15,256 nt of DNA from a virus. The translations under genes were made by a program, and so were the position numbers. Under the pieces are notes generated by a model. The model saw only the letters and a program-made list of their open reading frames with translations. It ran no database searches and was not told the DNA's origin. Positions 14,725 through 15,256 of this stretch are shown in pieces. The stretch lies in the UHGV virus genome UHGV-0159580; one strand, given 5' to 3'. How positions within the stretch are numbered: the stretch's first letter is position 1; every line of letters begins with the position of its first letter.

Positions 14725-15240
14725 TCATTTGTAGTGTTCAGTTATGTATGCAGAGCATAGCAATACAACTGATATGCAAATGACAATGTATGTTGGCGTA
14801 ATCAGTGTTACATTGAATAACAATGCAGTCAATGCGCATACTGTTACTGATATGAGTGTTGAAATGAATGCAGCATATGCACTAAATTTGCTTTTGAACA
14901 AACGTTCAATGACATATGTTGTCGCAACAGACAGTAAGACTACATATGCAAATAACAACAGCCAAGTTGAGTTTGACGTTGTTGGCTCTTCAATAAACTG
15001 CAATGTTGCTGATGGCACTTCAATGTTATTTGATGCTTGCAAAGTGCCGCTTACTGCATCTGCATACATCACAGTTAAGTAGTGTCGTTGAATTTCTGCT
15101 GCGTCTACTTTATAGATTCTATGCCATGCAACATCTGATATGATGTATGTTGCAGCCATAAATACAGCAATGCATAGCATATAAGAGCCAAACTTTGCAA
15201 TCGGTTTCATGCAAATATATTTTTGTTTGTATATGTACAT
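14725..15240 (-). CDS. Integral membrane protein (about 4 predicted TM helices), function unknown
   Basis: 171-aa ORF from ATG at 15240; an alternative ATG at 15210 gives MKPIAKFGSYMLCIAVFMAATYII... Hydrophobic segments include LCIAVFMAATYIISDVAW, WLLLFAYVVLLSVATTYVI, AAFISTLISVTVCALTALLF and IVICISVVLLCSAYI. Confidence 0.7.
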   Translation of the reverse strand: MYIYKQKYICMKPIAKFGSYMLCIAVFMAATYIISDVAWHRIYKVDAAEIQRHYLTVMYADAVSGTLQASNNIEVPSATLQFIEEPTTSNSTWLLLFAYVVLLSVATTYVIERLFKSKFSAYAAFISTLISVTVCALTALLFNVTLITPTYIVICISVVLLCSAYITEHYK

Positions 15241-15256
15241 AAAAGAGCAAGTTCTC

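Noticed and set aside
239-15082. All plus-strand ORFs in the track (e.g. 239..508, 2650..2931, 8100..8432, 13550..13894, 14744..15082)
   Set aside because: Each lies antisense within a longer, motif-supported or better-composed minus-strand gene. Translations are low complexity and none has its own intergenic context. I found no evidence for any plus-strand gene in this window.
1-15256. CRISPR array, integrase/transposase or insertion sequence
   Set aside because: No regularly spaced direct repeats with unique spacers, no terminal inverted repeats flanking a gene and no recombinase-like motifs were seen. The only tandem repeats are inside coding regions (9657..9835, 7800..7990).

Overview
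The window looks like a densely packed, single-orientation block of a bacteriophage genome: every supportable gene is on the minus strand, several with 4-nt ATGA stop/start overlaps (verified at 4824-4827, 10288-10291, 11973-11976, 12924-12927). No Shine-Dalgarno-like motif was seen upstream of any start I inspected, which weakly suggests a host that does not rely on SD pairing (for example Bacteroidota); this is inference only. Motif-level recognition supports a nucleotide-metabolism and replication module: dCMP deaminase, a GT-B glycosyltransferase-like protein, thioredoxin, an SF2 DEAD/DEAH helicase and a T4 gp32-like ssDNA-binding protein. Next to it sits a protein with about 60-bp tandem repeats and a Vsr/DUF559-like endonuclease C-terminus, and a clear papain-family (C1) cysteine peptidase. 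The right-hand third (about 11.7-15.2 kb) is an accessory block of small proteins of unknown function, including a lipoprotein-like protein, a 3-TM membrane protein flanked by two paralogous small proteins, and a 4-TM membrane protein. The most interesting candidates for an undescribed system are that small-protein module, the peptidase beside it, and the glycosyltransferase-like gene coupled to dCMP deaminase. Non-coding gaps carry three hairpin-plus-U-tract terminator candidates for minus-strand transcripts, a perfect 32-bp palindrome and a triple heptamer repeat. Three ORF-track starts are TTG and were moved to the first in-frame ATG; one edge-truncated minus-strand ORF (1..435) is missing from the track. 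All functional calls rest on motifs read by eye and on remembered family signatures; no database search was possible.
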